Shown here: positions 1-9,478 of the stretch, piece by piece | Position numbering within the stretch: position 1 is the first letter of the stretch | Layout: each line of letters opens with the position of its first letter | Assembly: GCA_963835065.1 (NCBI GenBank) | Contig: CAWIEK010000022.1 | Coordinates: 32,001-96,000 of the forward strand | DNA length: 64,000 bases | From: an uncultured Chthonomonadaceae bacterium | GTDB taxonomy: Bacteria > Armatimonadota > Chthonomonadetes > Chthonomonadales > Chthonomonadaceae | Reading direction: 5' to 3' | Position numbers and translations under genes: made by a program | The notes under the pieces: model-generated | Database searches by the model: none | Seen by the model: only the letters and a program-made list of their open reading frames with translations | Told to the model about the DNA's origin: nothing

Positions 1-897
1 TCGCAGGCCGCGCTCAAAGCAGGCAAGCACGTGCTGTGCGAAAAGCCGCTTGCCACCACTCTTGACGACGCCCGCGCTTCCTACCAACTGGCGCAGGAAA
101 CCAAACTCATCAACGGCATCTGCCACAACTACCGCTTCGCGCCCGCCATCGCTTTCGCCCGCCAACTCGTCGCGGACGGCAAACTCGGTCAAATCCGGCA
201 TTTCCGGGGCACGTATTTGCAGGACTGGATCATTGACCCCGCCGTTCCGCTTGTGTGGCGATTGGACAAGAGCATCGCGGGCAGCGGTTCGCACGGCGAC
301 CTGAACGCGCACTTGATTGATACCGCCCGGTGGGTGATGGGAACCGAGTTCGCGGATGTGTGCGGCATGAGCGAAACCTACATCAAGAAACGCCCTCTGC
401 TGGCGGACACGGAAGGCGGCTTGTCAGGTTTCAAGTCGTCCGAAGAAATGGGCGACGTGACCGTTGATGACATAACCGCTTTCCTTGCCCGCTTTGAAAA
501 CGGCGCGACGGGAACATTCGAGGCTACGCGATTGGCTCCGGGCCGCAAAAACTACAATCGCTGGGAAATCAACGGCGAAAAGGGTTCCATCGCCTTCAAT
601 CTGGAGCGCATGAACGAGATCGAAGTGTACCTGACCGACGACCCGCAGGGCTTGCAGGGCTTCCACACCATTCAGGCGACCGAAAACTTTTTGCCCTACA
701 TGGACGCTTACTGGCCCGTCGCCCACATCATCGGCTACGAGCATACGTTCGTCAACATGATCAAAGACCTGATGGAAGCCATCGGCAACAACACGCCCTT
801 CACGCCCGACTTCGCGGACGGCTACCGCAACCAGGCCGTGCTGGACGCGGTGGAAAAATCCGCCGCCAGCCGCCAGTGGAACGCGCCGGAACATTAA
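1..897 (+). CDS. Gfo/Idh/MocA family oxidoreductase (5' end outside window)
   Basis: Frame open from base 1 (ALKAGKHVLCEKP). Contains the CEKP motif, HNYRF and GDLNAHLID. Confidence 0.9.
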   Translation, partial: SQAALKAGKHVLCEKPLATTLDDARASYQLAQETKLINGICHNYRFAPAIAFARQLVADGKLGQIRHFRGTYLQDWIIDPAVPLVWRLDKSIAGSGSHGDLNAHLIDTARWVMGTEFADVCGMSETYIKKRPLLADTEGGLSGFKSSEEMGDVTVDDITAFLARFENGATGTFEATRLAPGRKNYNRWEINGEKGSIAFNLERMNEIEVYLTDDPQGLQGFHTIQATENFLPYMDAYWPVAHIIGYEHTFVNMIKDLMEAIGNNTPFTPDFADGYRNQAVLDAVEKSAASRQWNAPEH

Positions 898-906
898 GCA
901 GGAGAG

Positions 907-1112
907 TTCACCACCCGCTGCGCTAAGACACAGAGACACAGAGGAAAAGCCAATACGAGAAAAGCAGAGGGAAAGACAAGGAGAGGAAACGGAACCGCAA
1001 AGAGGCAAAGAAGGCAAAGGGGTTTCTCCTCTTCTCCTTTTCTTCTTTTCTCCTTTTCTTCCTCTGTGTTCCCTCTCTGTGTCTCTGTGTCTCTAGCGAA
1101 GCGGGTGGTGAA
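907..1112. repeat. Intergenic inverted-repeat element with short tandem units
   Basis: ttcaccacccgc...gacacagagacacagagg pairs with ctctgtgtctctgtgtctc...gcgggtggtgaa; the interior is purine-rich then pyrimidine-rich. Confidence 0.75.
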
Positions 1113-1140
1113 TTTTTCAGCCGGTTAGGAAAGGAAAAGC

Positions 1141-1629
1141 ATGATCTACAGATTACGGCACGATCTCTTTACGTTAGGCCACAAATTCACTATTGAGAAC
1201 GAAGCGGGGCAGGACGTGTACCAGGTTGAAGGTCCCTTCTTCCTCCCCGGCAACGCCCTGTCCTTGCGGGACATGGCAGGCAGGGAACTGGCCTCCATTG
1301 AGCAGAAATTGCTTTCTATGGGCCATACCTACGAGGTACATCGGGACGGACGGCTGGAAGCGGTAATCAAGGAGGCTTTCTTTCATCCCTTCAGCCATCG
1401 CTTCACCGTAGACGAAGAGCGTCCCAATGACCTGATTGCGCAGGGCGATCTCTTCAACCGGGAGTACACCTTCTCGCGCAATGAGCAAACCGTTGCTACG
1501 GTTTCTCATCGTCTGTTTTCCTTCCCCGACATTTACGGTATTGACATCGCAGAGGGCGAGGATGAAATTCTGCTTCTCTGCTGCGCAGTGGTAATCAACC
1601 TTGTGCATAAGCGGCAGCATCACCATTGA
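1141..1629 (+). CDS. LURP-one-related/Tubby C-terminal-like (scramblase-like) protein
   Basis: Pattern KFTIENE-G-VYQVEG...GDLFNREYTF...VATVS...DIYGIDI; SD-like aggaaagg upstream. Confidence 0.8.
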   Translation: MIYRLRHDLFTLGHKFTIENEAGQDVYQVEGPFFLPGNALSLRDMAGRELASIEQKLLSMGHTYEVHRDGRLEAVIKEAFFHPFSHRFTVDEERPNDLIAQGDLFNREYTFSRNEQTVATVSHRLFSFPDIYGIDIAEGEDEILLLCCAVVINLVHKRQHHH

Positions 1630-1639
1630 TAACGTACCC

Positions 1640-1695
1640 GGTAAGTTGTTCCTTCCTAAAATGCGGCGGTAAGTTGTTCCTTCCTAAAATGCGGC
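1640..1695. repeat. Perfect 28-bp tandem duplication
   Basis: ggtaagttgttccttcctaaaatgcggc at 1640-1667 and 1668-1695. Confidence 0.9.
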
Positions 1696-1718
1696 GGGCG
1701 GGCACGGGTTAGAAGCGC

Positions 1719-1742
1719 GGGCACAACATGTTGTGCCCCTAC
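1719..1742 (-). repeat. GTAG-type REP-like palindrome
   Basis: Minus strand reads GTAG followed by the perfect palindrome GGGCACAACATGTTGTGCCC. Confidence 0.6.
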
Positions 1743-1769
1743 GAACTCTTATTTGAACGGTATTGCGCT

Positions 1770-4700
1770 TTAGAGGGGACAGATCAGGAAGAAGGGACAG
1801 CGACTGCACTCCTGGCCGGGGTTCGGCGCGAAGCGTTTCTCGCGGATGCCTTTGAGCGCTTCATCGTACTTTGCCACGCGGGCGGGTTCCAGGTGCTTTT
1901 TTTCTTCCACTTCGCGCTGTTCGCCGTCCTGTAGATACCCAAGCACGATTTGTACGGGGAGGTCGGATTGCTGCCGGGCGGCGTGACGGGCAAGAGCAAG
2001 GCGTGGGTTGGTATGGTCCGAGTCGCCGCGCTGCGCCTTGTACGTGGTGAGGCGCCATTGGCCTTCGGCGGTTTCTTCAGCGTGGTCTACGCGCACCTGA
2101 ACCGCGCCATGCGCCAACTGCGCCGTCAGTTCCACGCCCCGCTTTTCTTCCGTTGCGCCCCCGACGTTGTGATGCCCTGCCGCCAGCATCCCCCGCGCTT
2201 TTGCCTGCAAAACCCGCGCATGAGCATTGTCGGGCGCATTGGGGCGCGTGTGCCAGGCTTGACGCAGTTTCTCATTGATATCTTCCGGTGTCGGCGTCCG
2301 GCCTTCCGCGCGTTCGGCTTGCAGCCAGGCAACGGTTTCCTGCAAGGTGTTGTGAAACGTCAGGTACGTGGTGTCCTCGCCACCCTGCGGCAATTTCAAC
2401 ACGCGCTGATAGTAATACTGGCGCGGACAGTTCCGATATTGCTCCACCGCCGAAGCGGAAAGCGTGAGCGGTTCTTCCTGTGGTTCCTCCATTATTGTAC
2501 TGCCGTTTTGCGTCACGTCCTGATTACTCGCCGCTTCCTGTGCCTGCGCTTCCGCCTCTACCCGCGCTTCTATCTCAGGGGAGTTGGAGAACGTGACCAC
2601 ATCGTTTTGCGGTCCTTCCTCTTTTATGTCGTCTTTCCAGTCCACATGCCGCGCGTTGCAGGCTTGCAGCGCGGCCTCGCACGAGGTAAGAAGGGCGCTT
2701 GGCGGTATAGGCTTTCCGTTCCACGTTGCCGGGCGCGACAGCACCAGCACATCCCGCGCCCGTGACAGGGCGACAAAAAACAGACACTCAGCCTCGCTGT
2801 TTTCCTCTTCCGCTTCACTCGGCTCACCCTGTTCCGTGTCTGAATCCGACGCATCCAGCCAGGAAGCGGGCGGCGACACCATACTTCCCATCTTGCCCAA
2901 CGGAAACTGCCCTTTTACTAAATTCGGCAGGTACACAATCGGGAATTCCAGCCCCTTGCTTTTGTGAACGGTCATCAGGCGGACACCATCCAGTTCGGCA
3001 TCGTCGCCCGATACGCGCAGGGCTTTTTCCTGTCCGCAACGCAGCAGAAACCGCAAGTGGTTCAGCAAGGCCGCCTGCTGATTCTCGTCCGCTTCAAACC
3101 GCGCTGCCAACCGCAATGTCACCATCAGCAGTTCATGGACGGCAAGCAATTTCTGCCGCCCCGCAACGGAGGAATCACGGAGCAGTGGCAGGAGGTAATC
3201 GCTCGTCTCAAACAAATACCCTGCCAGAAATGCCCACGCCGTGCCGTGATACAAATACGGTTCGATATGCCGGAATAACTTGAGCAGCGCGTTTTGTCCC
3301 TGCGCGGAAATGTCGGGCAGGTGGGCAGCCAATGTCAGCGCGGCGGGAAAGGTTTTGCGGCGTTCACGGGCGGCTTGCAGCAGCAGGGACACATCCTGCG
3401 CGGGAATATCATACTCGGCAAAACGGGCTACCCGCGCCAGCGCGGTTCCTTCCGGCTCACAGGCCAGCGACAGCAGGGCAAGCAAATCTTTGGTTTCTTC
3501 CCGGTCGAACAAGCCGCTTGCGTGTTGTGTCTCGATGCCGTTCGCGCCGAGCAGTTCGGCAAGGCGGCTTGCCTGCCGGTGCGTGTTGCACAAAATCACT
3601 TGATCGCGCAGTCCCACTCCCGCTTCTTCCGCCTGCCGGATATGCGCGGCCATGCCTGCCGCCTGCGCTTCCTCGTTGTCCGCGACGGCAACGGTCACGG
3701 CAGGCGTACCGGGCGCGTCTTGGGTTGCGGAAGGATCGGAGCGGTGTGGCTGCCAGTCGGCAAACGTCGCCGTCGCGCCTGCCATCGTGCCGGCATACGC
3801 GCCGAACATCGCCACGAGCGCAGGCCGCGAACGATAATTGCGCTCCAGTTGAATGCGCTGCCCACCCGGAAAATCCTCATCGAACTTGCGCACGTTTGCC
3901 GACGACGCGCCCCGAAAACGATAGATCGCCTGCCGCAAATCCCCTACCGCCCACAAACCGCGCCCATTCCCCGCCAATCGCTGCACCAGTTGAGCGCTCG
4001 CGCGGTTGATGTCCTGATACTCGTCGGCCAGAATATGCGGGTACTGCGCCTGCCACCGCGCCTTTACGTCCGGGCACGTATCCAGCAGTTCCACGCTGCG
4101 CATGATCAGGTCGCCAAAGTCGAGTTTGCCTTCTGCCTTTAGAAGCTTTTGATAGACGGCGTAAACATGCGCCACTTCCTGCGACTTTTCCGCGATTTCA
4201 AGGTGCTTTTCCACGTCCGCCTTTTTGGTGTAGCGCGATACGTCAGCAAGCTGCCGCTGCGCGACTAAGGCGTACTCCTGCGGCGTTTTCAGTTCATCCT
4301 TGGCGCGGGAAATACAGTCAAGAATGTCCGGGAACGGCAGAATGGGGAAGCTGAGGTACTCCAGGCGGCGCAGAGTCAGCCTGTCCATGTTGTCTTGCAG
4401 CAGTTTGATGGCGTCCGGCATGTCCAGCAGGTCGGGCGCGGCGGGAAGGCCAATGCGCGTACCCTCCTTGCGCAGCAGTTCCCTGCCGAACGCATGAAAC
4501 GTGCCGATCCAAACCCGGTCCGCCAGGTCGCCCACTTCGCCCCTGAGCCGAGTGTGCATTTCTTCCGCCGCTTTGTTGGAAAACGTCAGGGCAAGAATGT
4601 TTTCCGGCGCAACGCCCCGTTCCGTCAGCAGAAACAAAATCCGCGCAATCAGCGTCCGCGTTTTGCCCGTTCCCGGCCCCGCGTCCACCAGCACCGGCCC

Positions 4701-5469
4701 GTATTCGATATGGGCGGCGGCGCGTTGGCTGTCGTCGAGTTGAGGGTTGAGAGGAAAAGACAATGATGAGTGATGAGTGATGAGTGATGAATGGGAATTC
4801 AATTCATCACTCATCATTCCGCGTTCAGCATTGTCTTCTCCCCCTCTCCCCCTCTCCCCCTTTCCTTTTCTATTCCCCGTTCCCTGTCCCCTGTTCCCTA
4901 ACAAGAGCGCGCTTGCCAGTTGCGTGAGGACGCAGGAGAGGGACAGGCCGGAGTGGGCGGCGAAGCGGCTTGCTTTCCAGCGGTGTTCCAGAAACAGCTG
5001 ACGGAGAACGGGGCCGGGGAGCAGCAATTCCGCCGCGAACAGGTTGGCTTCGGATTCGCGGCGCTCCTTGCGGCTGTAGCCTTCGGCAAGCTGGGAGTTG
5101 GGCAGGCGGAATCCGGGCGCGGCGAAAGCGTCGGGGGTGTCTTCGGCAAAGCACTGGTCGTGGCCGATTTCGGGGTGAAGCCAGATAGTGCGCGAACTCA
5201 TGCGCCTGCGCAAACAACTGCCGCTCGCGCCGAACGGACGCGCCGCCCGCGTACCAGATGCCGGGTATGTCGCGGTCCAGCACGGCATGAGCGCCCGCCA
5301 GCAGGCCGTCACCCGGCGGCACGGATATTCGCGTTACATCCGTCGCTTCCTGCGCGGCTTCCAAAAGCATTTCGGCAGGCGGCAGCAAAGGCGCGTCTTC
5401 CGGGAGGAAGGCGCGCAATTGCAAATGCTGTTCGTAAGCGCGGCGGCGCAGGGCGTTCCAATCGGGCAT
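1770..5469 (-). CDS. ImmA/IrrE-like metallopeptidase fused to UvrD/REP SF1 helicase and a C-terminal PD-(D/E)XK-like Fe-S domain (one frameshift near 5185)
   Basis: HEFAH (HExxH) in ORF 4870..5484 continues into ESEANLFAAELLLP in ORF 1770..5312. Helicase motifs AGPGTGKT, TFSNKAA, DEYQD, VGDLRQAIYRFRGA, LERNYRS, TVHKSKGLEF, FVALSRAR. C-terminal CPRQY...CSRCPFFLIC. Confidence 0.88.
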
Positions 5470-5539
5470 GGCAGTCCTAAACAACTTTTCACGCGAAGAT
5501 AGTATAGTTTACCCGAACGGACGCGCGTTTGTTTTGGGG

Positions 5540-6196
5540 CTACGGTTGTTCCAGCCAGAACTGTTTTTGTTCCGCGTTCATGTCGGTGCAGGCGCGAACC
5601 GCCGCGTCGAAATCTTCCGCCTGACCAGCTTGCGGGACGCCATCCGATTTGTAACTGGCTCCCATTGCCAGCGTACTTGGACGCGCAAGATAAGCGCGTA
5701 CCTGCTCCGTGCCCGTATCGAGCGCCTGCGCCAGCCGATTGACCAATTCCTCCGGTATGGTGGACAGCCTAATCAACCGCTGTTGCAACTTGGCGACAAG
5801 AGGCAGCCCGACGCCGATTTGGGACGCCAGCGTTTTGGGCGTCAAGCCCTGCGCTTTGGCCGCTTGAATCAAATCTTCAAGAGCGGGGACGGGCGCGGGT
5901 TCCAGAGCGGCAAAATAGCGCGTCCGCATTTCAGCCACGACGCTGCGCCCGATTGCCAGCGTATGCGCTTCGCCTGCCGCATCCGGCGTCGCGGTTTCCA
6001 GGGCGCACTCCAGCGTGGGCGCGTCTGCCGCCCATCCGATGAGTTCGTCGGCAAACTGCGGGTAGCGGTTCAGCCAGGCGCGCAGGGATTGCGGCGTGGC
6101 GCTTTGCCGATCCTCGCTCCAGTCGGCAAACAAAATATCTATAGCGTTCTGCTGCCGCTCCATGTCGGCTTGATTATTTTGGTTCATCAGGATCAC
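5540..6196 (-). CDS. Hypothetical protein with an XRE-like helix-turn-helix in the C-terminal half
   Basis: AKAQGLTPKTLASQIGVGLPLVAKLQQR resembles a Cro/C1 HTH. Lies between the sigma factor and the IrrE-helicase gene. Confidence 0.65.
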   Translation of the reverse strand: MILMNQNNQADMERQQNAIDILFADWSEDRQSATPQSLRAWLNRYPQFADELIGWAADAPTLECALETATPDAAGEAHTLAIGRSVVAEMRTRYFAALEPAPVPALEDLIQAAKAQGLTPKTLASQIGVGLPLVAKLQQRLIRLSTIPEELVNRLAQALDTGTEQVRAYLARPSTLAMGASYKSDGVPQAGQAEDFDAAVRACTDMNAEQKQFWLEQP

Positions 6197-6263
6197 CCAT
6201 TGTCTTGCGAAAGACTACAAAAGAAAGGATTGTAGAGCCGCCTGCGCGGTGTATACCCAGGCT

Positions 6264-6291
6264 ACTAGCCCGCGCGAAACCAAACCGGAAA
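6264..6291 (-). promoter_or_regulatory. Candidate ECF-type promoter TTTCCGGTTT-N14-TAGT (copy 1, upstream of the HTH gene)
   Basis: Minus strand tttccggttt ggtttcgcgcgggc tagt; identical boxes and spacing at 7429-7456. Confidence 0.5.
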
Positions 6292-6318
6292 GCAAAATTA
6301 AGAAACAGCTAAAAATAA

Positions 6319-6486
6319 AACCGCAAAGAAGCAAAGGAAGCAAAGAAAAAGCACACAAGAGAAGATATACCCACCTGGTAAACACTGATGAAATCGAAGC
6401 AAGAAAGTTTTATTGCGGTATTTGTAACTCGTCTGTAGGCGTTTTTCTTCTCTTCGCCTCTTTGCGTTCTTTGCTTCTTTGCGGTT
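6319..6486. repeat. Inverted-repeat element built of ~9-mer units
   Basis: aaccgcaaagaagcaaaggaagcaaaga ... tctttgcgttctttgcttctttgcggtt. Confidence 0.75.
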
Positions 6487-6494
6487 CACTCCCC

Positions 6495-7265
6495 TCAATG
6501 CGTTTTCTCGGCTCGCCATTCTTCCAGGCGTTTTTGGGCGCGGGACAGGAGGTTGCGGACGGTGCGGTCTGTGACCTGCAGGGTTTCGGCGATCTGTTCC
6601 TGCGACCAGTCTTCGTAATGGTACAGGATAAAGGCTTTGCGTTCCGTATCGGGCAGGACGCGCAGGGCTTCGCGCACTTCCACGCGCTCGTGGGCGGACA
6701 GGCTTTCACTGTCGGCGGTACGCTCGAAGTAATCCGTCGTGTGGCCTTCCTCGTCTTCGATGGGCGGGGGCGCGAACTCGGCCTGCGCCATGCCGCGATA
6801 CTTTTGCACGATGTTGAGCAGCCGCCGTTTCAGGCACAGCCAGAAGCGCACTTCCCAGAACTCGCAGCCCCGGCTGTCATTGAACAGGTCTTGCAGCATC
6901 TGTACCTGTATGTCGCGCTTGCAGTCGTCCACATGCTGCGGCGACAGTTTCCAGCAGCTGACGTGCTGGTGAATAAAGCGGGCGCTGCGCTCGATAAGCA
7001 AGTCGGCGATCTGCCAGGCGTTTTCCTTGTCGGCGCGCTGCGAACTGCGCTGCCAGATGCGCAGCATACAGACAAGGGTTTCTTCCTGTACCCACTCCGG
7101 CGCTTTGCGATCCGGCAGGCGGGCATCGCGCCAAAAAACGCTTTGGGGCGCGCGCAGCAGGCGCTGTACCTGCGCTTCCACTTGCGGTTCGCGCGTTCGG
7201 CCTTCGGTTTGGAACCCGGCAAGCGCGTTCGGGGGGCTTGCTGTGGGCAATGTCTGCTCGGACAT
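6495..7265 (-). CDS. ECF-type RNA polymerase sigma-70 factor with N-terminal extension
   Basis: Region 4 LRVLPDTERKAFILYHYEDWSQEQIAETLQVTDRTVRNLLSRA; divergent region 2 (VDDCKRDI...FWLCLKRR). Confidence 0.85.
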   Translation of the reverse strand: MSEQTLPTASPPNALAGFQTEGRTREPQVEAQVQRLLRAPQSVFWRDARLPDRKAPEWVQEETLVCMLRIWQRSSQRADKENAWQIADLLIERSARFIHQHVSCWKLSPQHVDDCKRDIQVQMLQDLFNDSRGCEFWEVRFWLCLKRRLLNIVQKYRGMAQAEFAPPPIEDEEGHTTDYFERTADSESLSAHERVEVREALRVLPDTERKAFILYHYEDWSQEQIAETLQVTDRTVRNLLSRAQKRLEEWRAEKTH

Positions 7266-7428
7266 GATTGACTCCGCCGGATGTTGAAAATTTGTCTTTT
7301 CGTCGGCTATCTGGGATAATAGACTATAGCAAAGCTGCGTTCGCGCCGTCGAATGGGAAGGAATTTGCAGGGTTATTGTACCCTGCGCGGCGCGGTTTTA
7401 GTTGATTTTTGTGCGCGTATTTTTTGTT

Positions 7429-7456
7429 TTTCCGGTTTTTGGTTCCGGCCTGTAGT
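7429..7456 (+). promoter_or_regulatory. Candidate ECF-type promoter TTTCCGGTTT-N14-TAGT (copy 2, upstream of the 7515 ORF)
   Basis: tttccggttt ttggttccggcctg tagt. Confidence 0.5.
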
Positions 7457-7514
7457 TCGTTAATTGTGGGGTGAAATCCTGCCTGATAGTCTGGTGAAAT
7501 CGAGGAACATAACG

Positions 7515-7856
7515 ATGAACGAAATGGCTTATGATACGGAACTGACCGCCGGGGATGTGTACGATCAGTTGTGCGAACAGGTGGCGGCGGCGCGAACGCG
7601 GGCCTTAATGGGCGAACGCGCCGAAGCCCTGCGCCTGTTCCAAACGGCTTCGCTGGAATACGAGCGGTTCCGCGACGCGCTGCAAGGCTTGCCGCTTCAT
7701 GCGCTGGAACACGACTTTACAGTCACGCGCCAGATTTTGAGCGTGGATCGCTGCCTGTCGGAATTAGCGCCGGTTGGCCCGACGGAATTGGTTCCCGTTC
7801 TCGCGGCGGAACAGTCTCGCCCGCGCAGCCGCAAGCGTACCGCCAAAGCCGCTTAA
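7515..7856 (+). CDS. Small helical hypothetical protein, divergent from the sigma gene
   Basis: ATG at 7515 preceded by SD gagg; protein-like composition with a basic tail. Confidence 0.6.
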   Translation: MNEMAYDTELTAGDVYDQLCEQVAAARTRALMGERAEALRLFQTASLEYERFRDALQGLPLHALEHDFTVTRQILSVDRCLSELAPVGPTELVPVLAAEQSRPRSRKRTAKAA

Positions 7857-7979
7857 AAATAAATCGGCGGCATGTGCAAAAATATCCGCGTCCGGCGCAA
7901 CTAAACGGTTCGGGCGGCTGTCAGGAAAGGTGTAAGCGCGTTTTCTGTCGAAACAGAAAGCGCAAATTACGCCGACCTC

Positions 7980-8008
7980 TTGACGCCGCGCCGGTTCCGT
8001 GCTATAGT
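7980..8008 (+). promoter_or_regulatory. Sigma70-type promoter
   Basis: TTGACG-N17-TATAGT with an extended -10 TG. Confidence 0.7.
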
Positions 8009-8051
8009 ATAGGTGTTCTGCCCGTCAATATAACAAATACTTTTCTTCAGA

Positions 8052-8744
8052 GTGGTAGTGTATATGAAGGTAGATGCTCGTAAACAAGCGTGCGTAATGA
8101 GAACAGAGAACGGCGCATCTATAGGCGAAATTGCCATAAGTCTGAGTGTTTCAAAAAGCACAGTTAGCCGTTGGGTTAAAGACATTTGCTTGACGGAAGA
8201 ACAGTTGCAAAAACTATCAGAACGTAATCCAATTTATAATAATCAAGTTCGTGGCAGTAATTGTTTGAAGCAAAGCAGTAAAGTTGTTCGGCAACAGTAT
8301 CAAGAGGAGGGGCGGCAACGTGCCCGACGCGCCAATCCACTGCATTTAGCTGGATGCATGCTGTATTGGGCTGAAGGTAGTAAAAGCCGCAACGTTCTGA
8401 CGTTCACGAATTCTGATCCTGATATGGTTTCGTTTTTCGTGCGCTTCCTTCGATGCTGTTATGATCTTACAGAAAGTGATATAACGGTTTGTGTAAACTG
8501 CTTTGATGATTGTCACTCTGCTGAAGACATTGAGCGGTTCTGGCTAGAAAAGTTGAGTTTGCCTGTTGAATGTTTGCGTAAAACAACACTGAACTACCAC
8601 TCAAGCTATTCACAAAAGAAGCGTTGCAATACGTTAGCTTATGGCACTTGCAGAATAAATGTTTGTCGAACTCACATAGTCCAGAGCATCTACGGCGCAC
8701 TTGCAGAGTACGTCGGCTTAGATGCAGCAAAATGGTTAGAATAG
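8052..8744 (+). CDS. HTH + LAGLIDADG-like hypothetical protein adjacent to tRNA genes
   Basis: N-terminal HTH (GASIGEIAISLSVSKSTVSRWV), then LAGCMLYWAEGSK...FTNSDP...YGTCRINV. Visibly AT-richer than the flanks. Confidence 0.65.
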   Translation: MVVYMKVDARKQACVMRTENGASIGEIAISLSVSKSTVSRWVKDICLTEEQLQKLSERNPIYNNQVRGSNCLKQSSKVVRQQYQEEGRQRARRANPLHLAGCMLYWAEGSKSRNVLTFTNSDPDMVSFFVRFLRCCYDLTESDITVCVNCFDDCHSAEDIERFWLEKLSLPVECLRKTTLNYHSSYSQKKRCNTLAYGTCRINVCRTHIVQSIYGALAEYVGLDAAKWLE

Positions 8745-8753
8745 TTACACAGC

Positions 8754-8824
8754 GCGGGAGTAGCATAATGGTAATGCACTTGCCTTCCAAGCAAGCCACG
8801 CGGGTCCGATTCCCGTCTCCCGCT
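8754..8824 (+). tRNA. tRNA-Gly(TCC)
   Basis: Acceptor GCGGGAG/CTCCCGC, anticodon arm CTTGC-CTTCCAA-GCAAG, atypical T loop TCCGATT. No encoded CCA. Confidence 0.9.
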
Positions 8825-8859
8825 TTTTCATTTACTTCGTTGTTTACTTATGTTTTTAC

Positions 8860-8933
8860 GCGCCCGTAGCTCAGTGGATCAGAGTATCCGGCTTCTACCC
8901 GGTTTGTCGGGGGTTCGAGTCCCTCCGGGCGCA
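8860..8933 (+). tRNA. tRNA-Arg(TCT)
   Basis: Acceptor GCGCCCG/CGGGCGC, anticodon loop CTTCTAC, T loop TTCGAGT. Confidence 0.93.
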
Positions 8934-8946
8934 TTGAAGTTTTTTC

Positions 8947-8975
8947 TTGACAGATAGCGTAAATTATGGCATACT
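8947..8975 (+). promoter_or_regulatory. Sigma70-type promoter for tRNA-His
   Basis: TTGACA-N17-CATACT with an extended TG. Confidence 0.7.
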
Positions 8976-8987
8976 GTTGGTGTTTAT

Positions 8988-9062
8988 GGCGATTTTAGTT
9001 CAGTTGGTTAGAACGCCTGTTTGTGGAGCAGGAGGTCACCGGTTCAAATCCGGTAAGTCGCC
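8988..9062 (+). tRNA. tRNA-His(GTG)
   Basis: G-1/C73 plus acceptor GCGATTT/AAGTCGC, anticodon loop TTGTGGA, T loop TTCAAAT. Confidence 0.93.
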
Positions 9063-9082
9063 CTTATCTGTAAATTGTAAGT

Positions 9083-9122
9083 AAACGAGGCTTATAGTGA
9101 AAAACTATAAGCCTCGTTTGTT
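9083..9122. terminator. Intrinsic (probably bidirectional) terminator after the tRNA cluster
   Basis: Stem aaacgaggcttatagt/actataagcctcgttt followed by gtt. Confidence 0.75.
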
Positions 9123-9478
9123 ATGCGGTCTGTGGCGACATTTGCCATATCGTAATCAACCATGTTACGCTTACGTCGGCACGTATCAAAATAAGCAGCC
9201 AGCGCTGTCATACTGGACCCCATTGCCAGTTCGACAGCCTCAAAAGTGGTTTGATGATGCCCTATTCCGGTGACGCGGTAGCCTTTGCAGGCGAGAACCA
9301 TTTTGGCGATTTGCAGCACGGCGTTGTAGGCAGTGGCAAAGCGGCGGTCCGCGGAAAGATCGGGAATAACCGCATCCGCCAGATCACGCGCCACTACCGC
9401 CCGAAGCGCGGTCAGTTCCGCTAAACTGGTGACATGCGTTCTCACTTTTTTGTCGGCTAAGAGCTGTGACCAACTCAT
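9092..9478 (-). CDS. HEPN-domain protein (toxin-like; possibly 3'-truncated)
   Basis: FATAYNA...GHHQTTF...RRKRNMVDYD (Rx4-6[HY]-type motif); overlaps the upstream MNT gene. Confidence 0.7.
   Translation of the reverse strand: MSWSQLLADKKVRTHVTSLAELTALRAVVARDLADAVIPDLSADRRFATAYNAVLQIAKMVLACKGYRVTGIGHHQTTFEAVELAMGSSMTALAAYFDTCRRKRNMVDYDMANVATDRITNEAYSFSL

Noticed and set aside
1640..1695. 28-bp repeat as a CRISPR array
   Set aside because: Only two abutting copies, no spacer and no cas genes.
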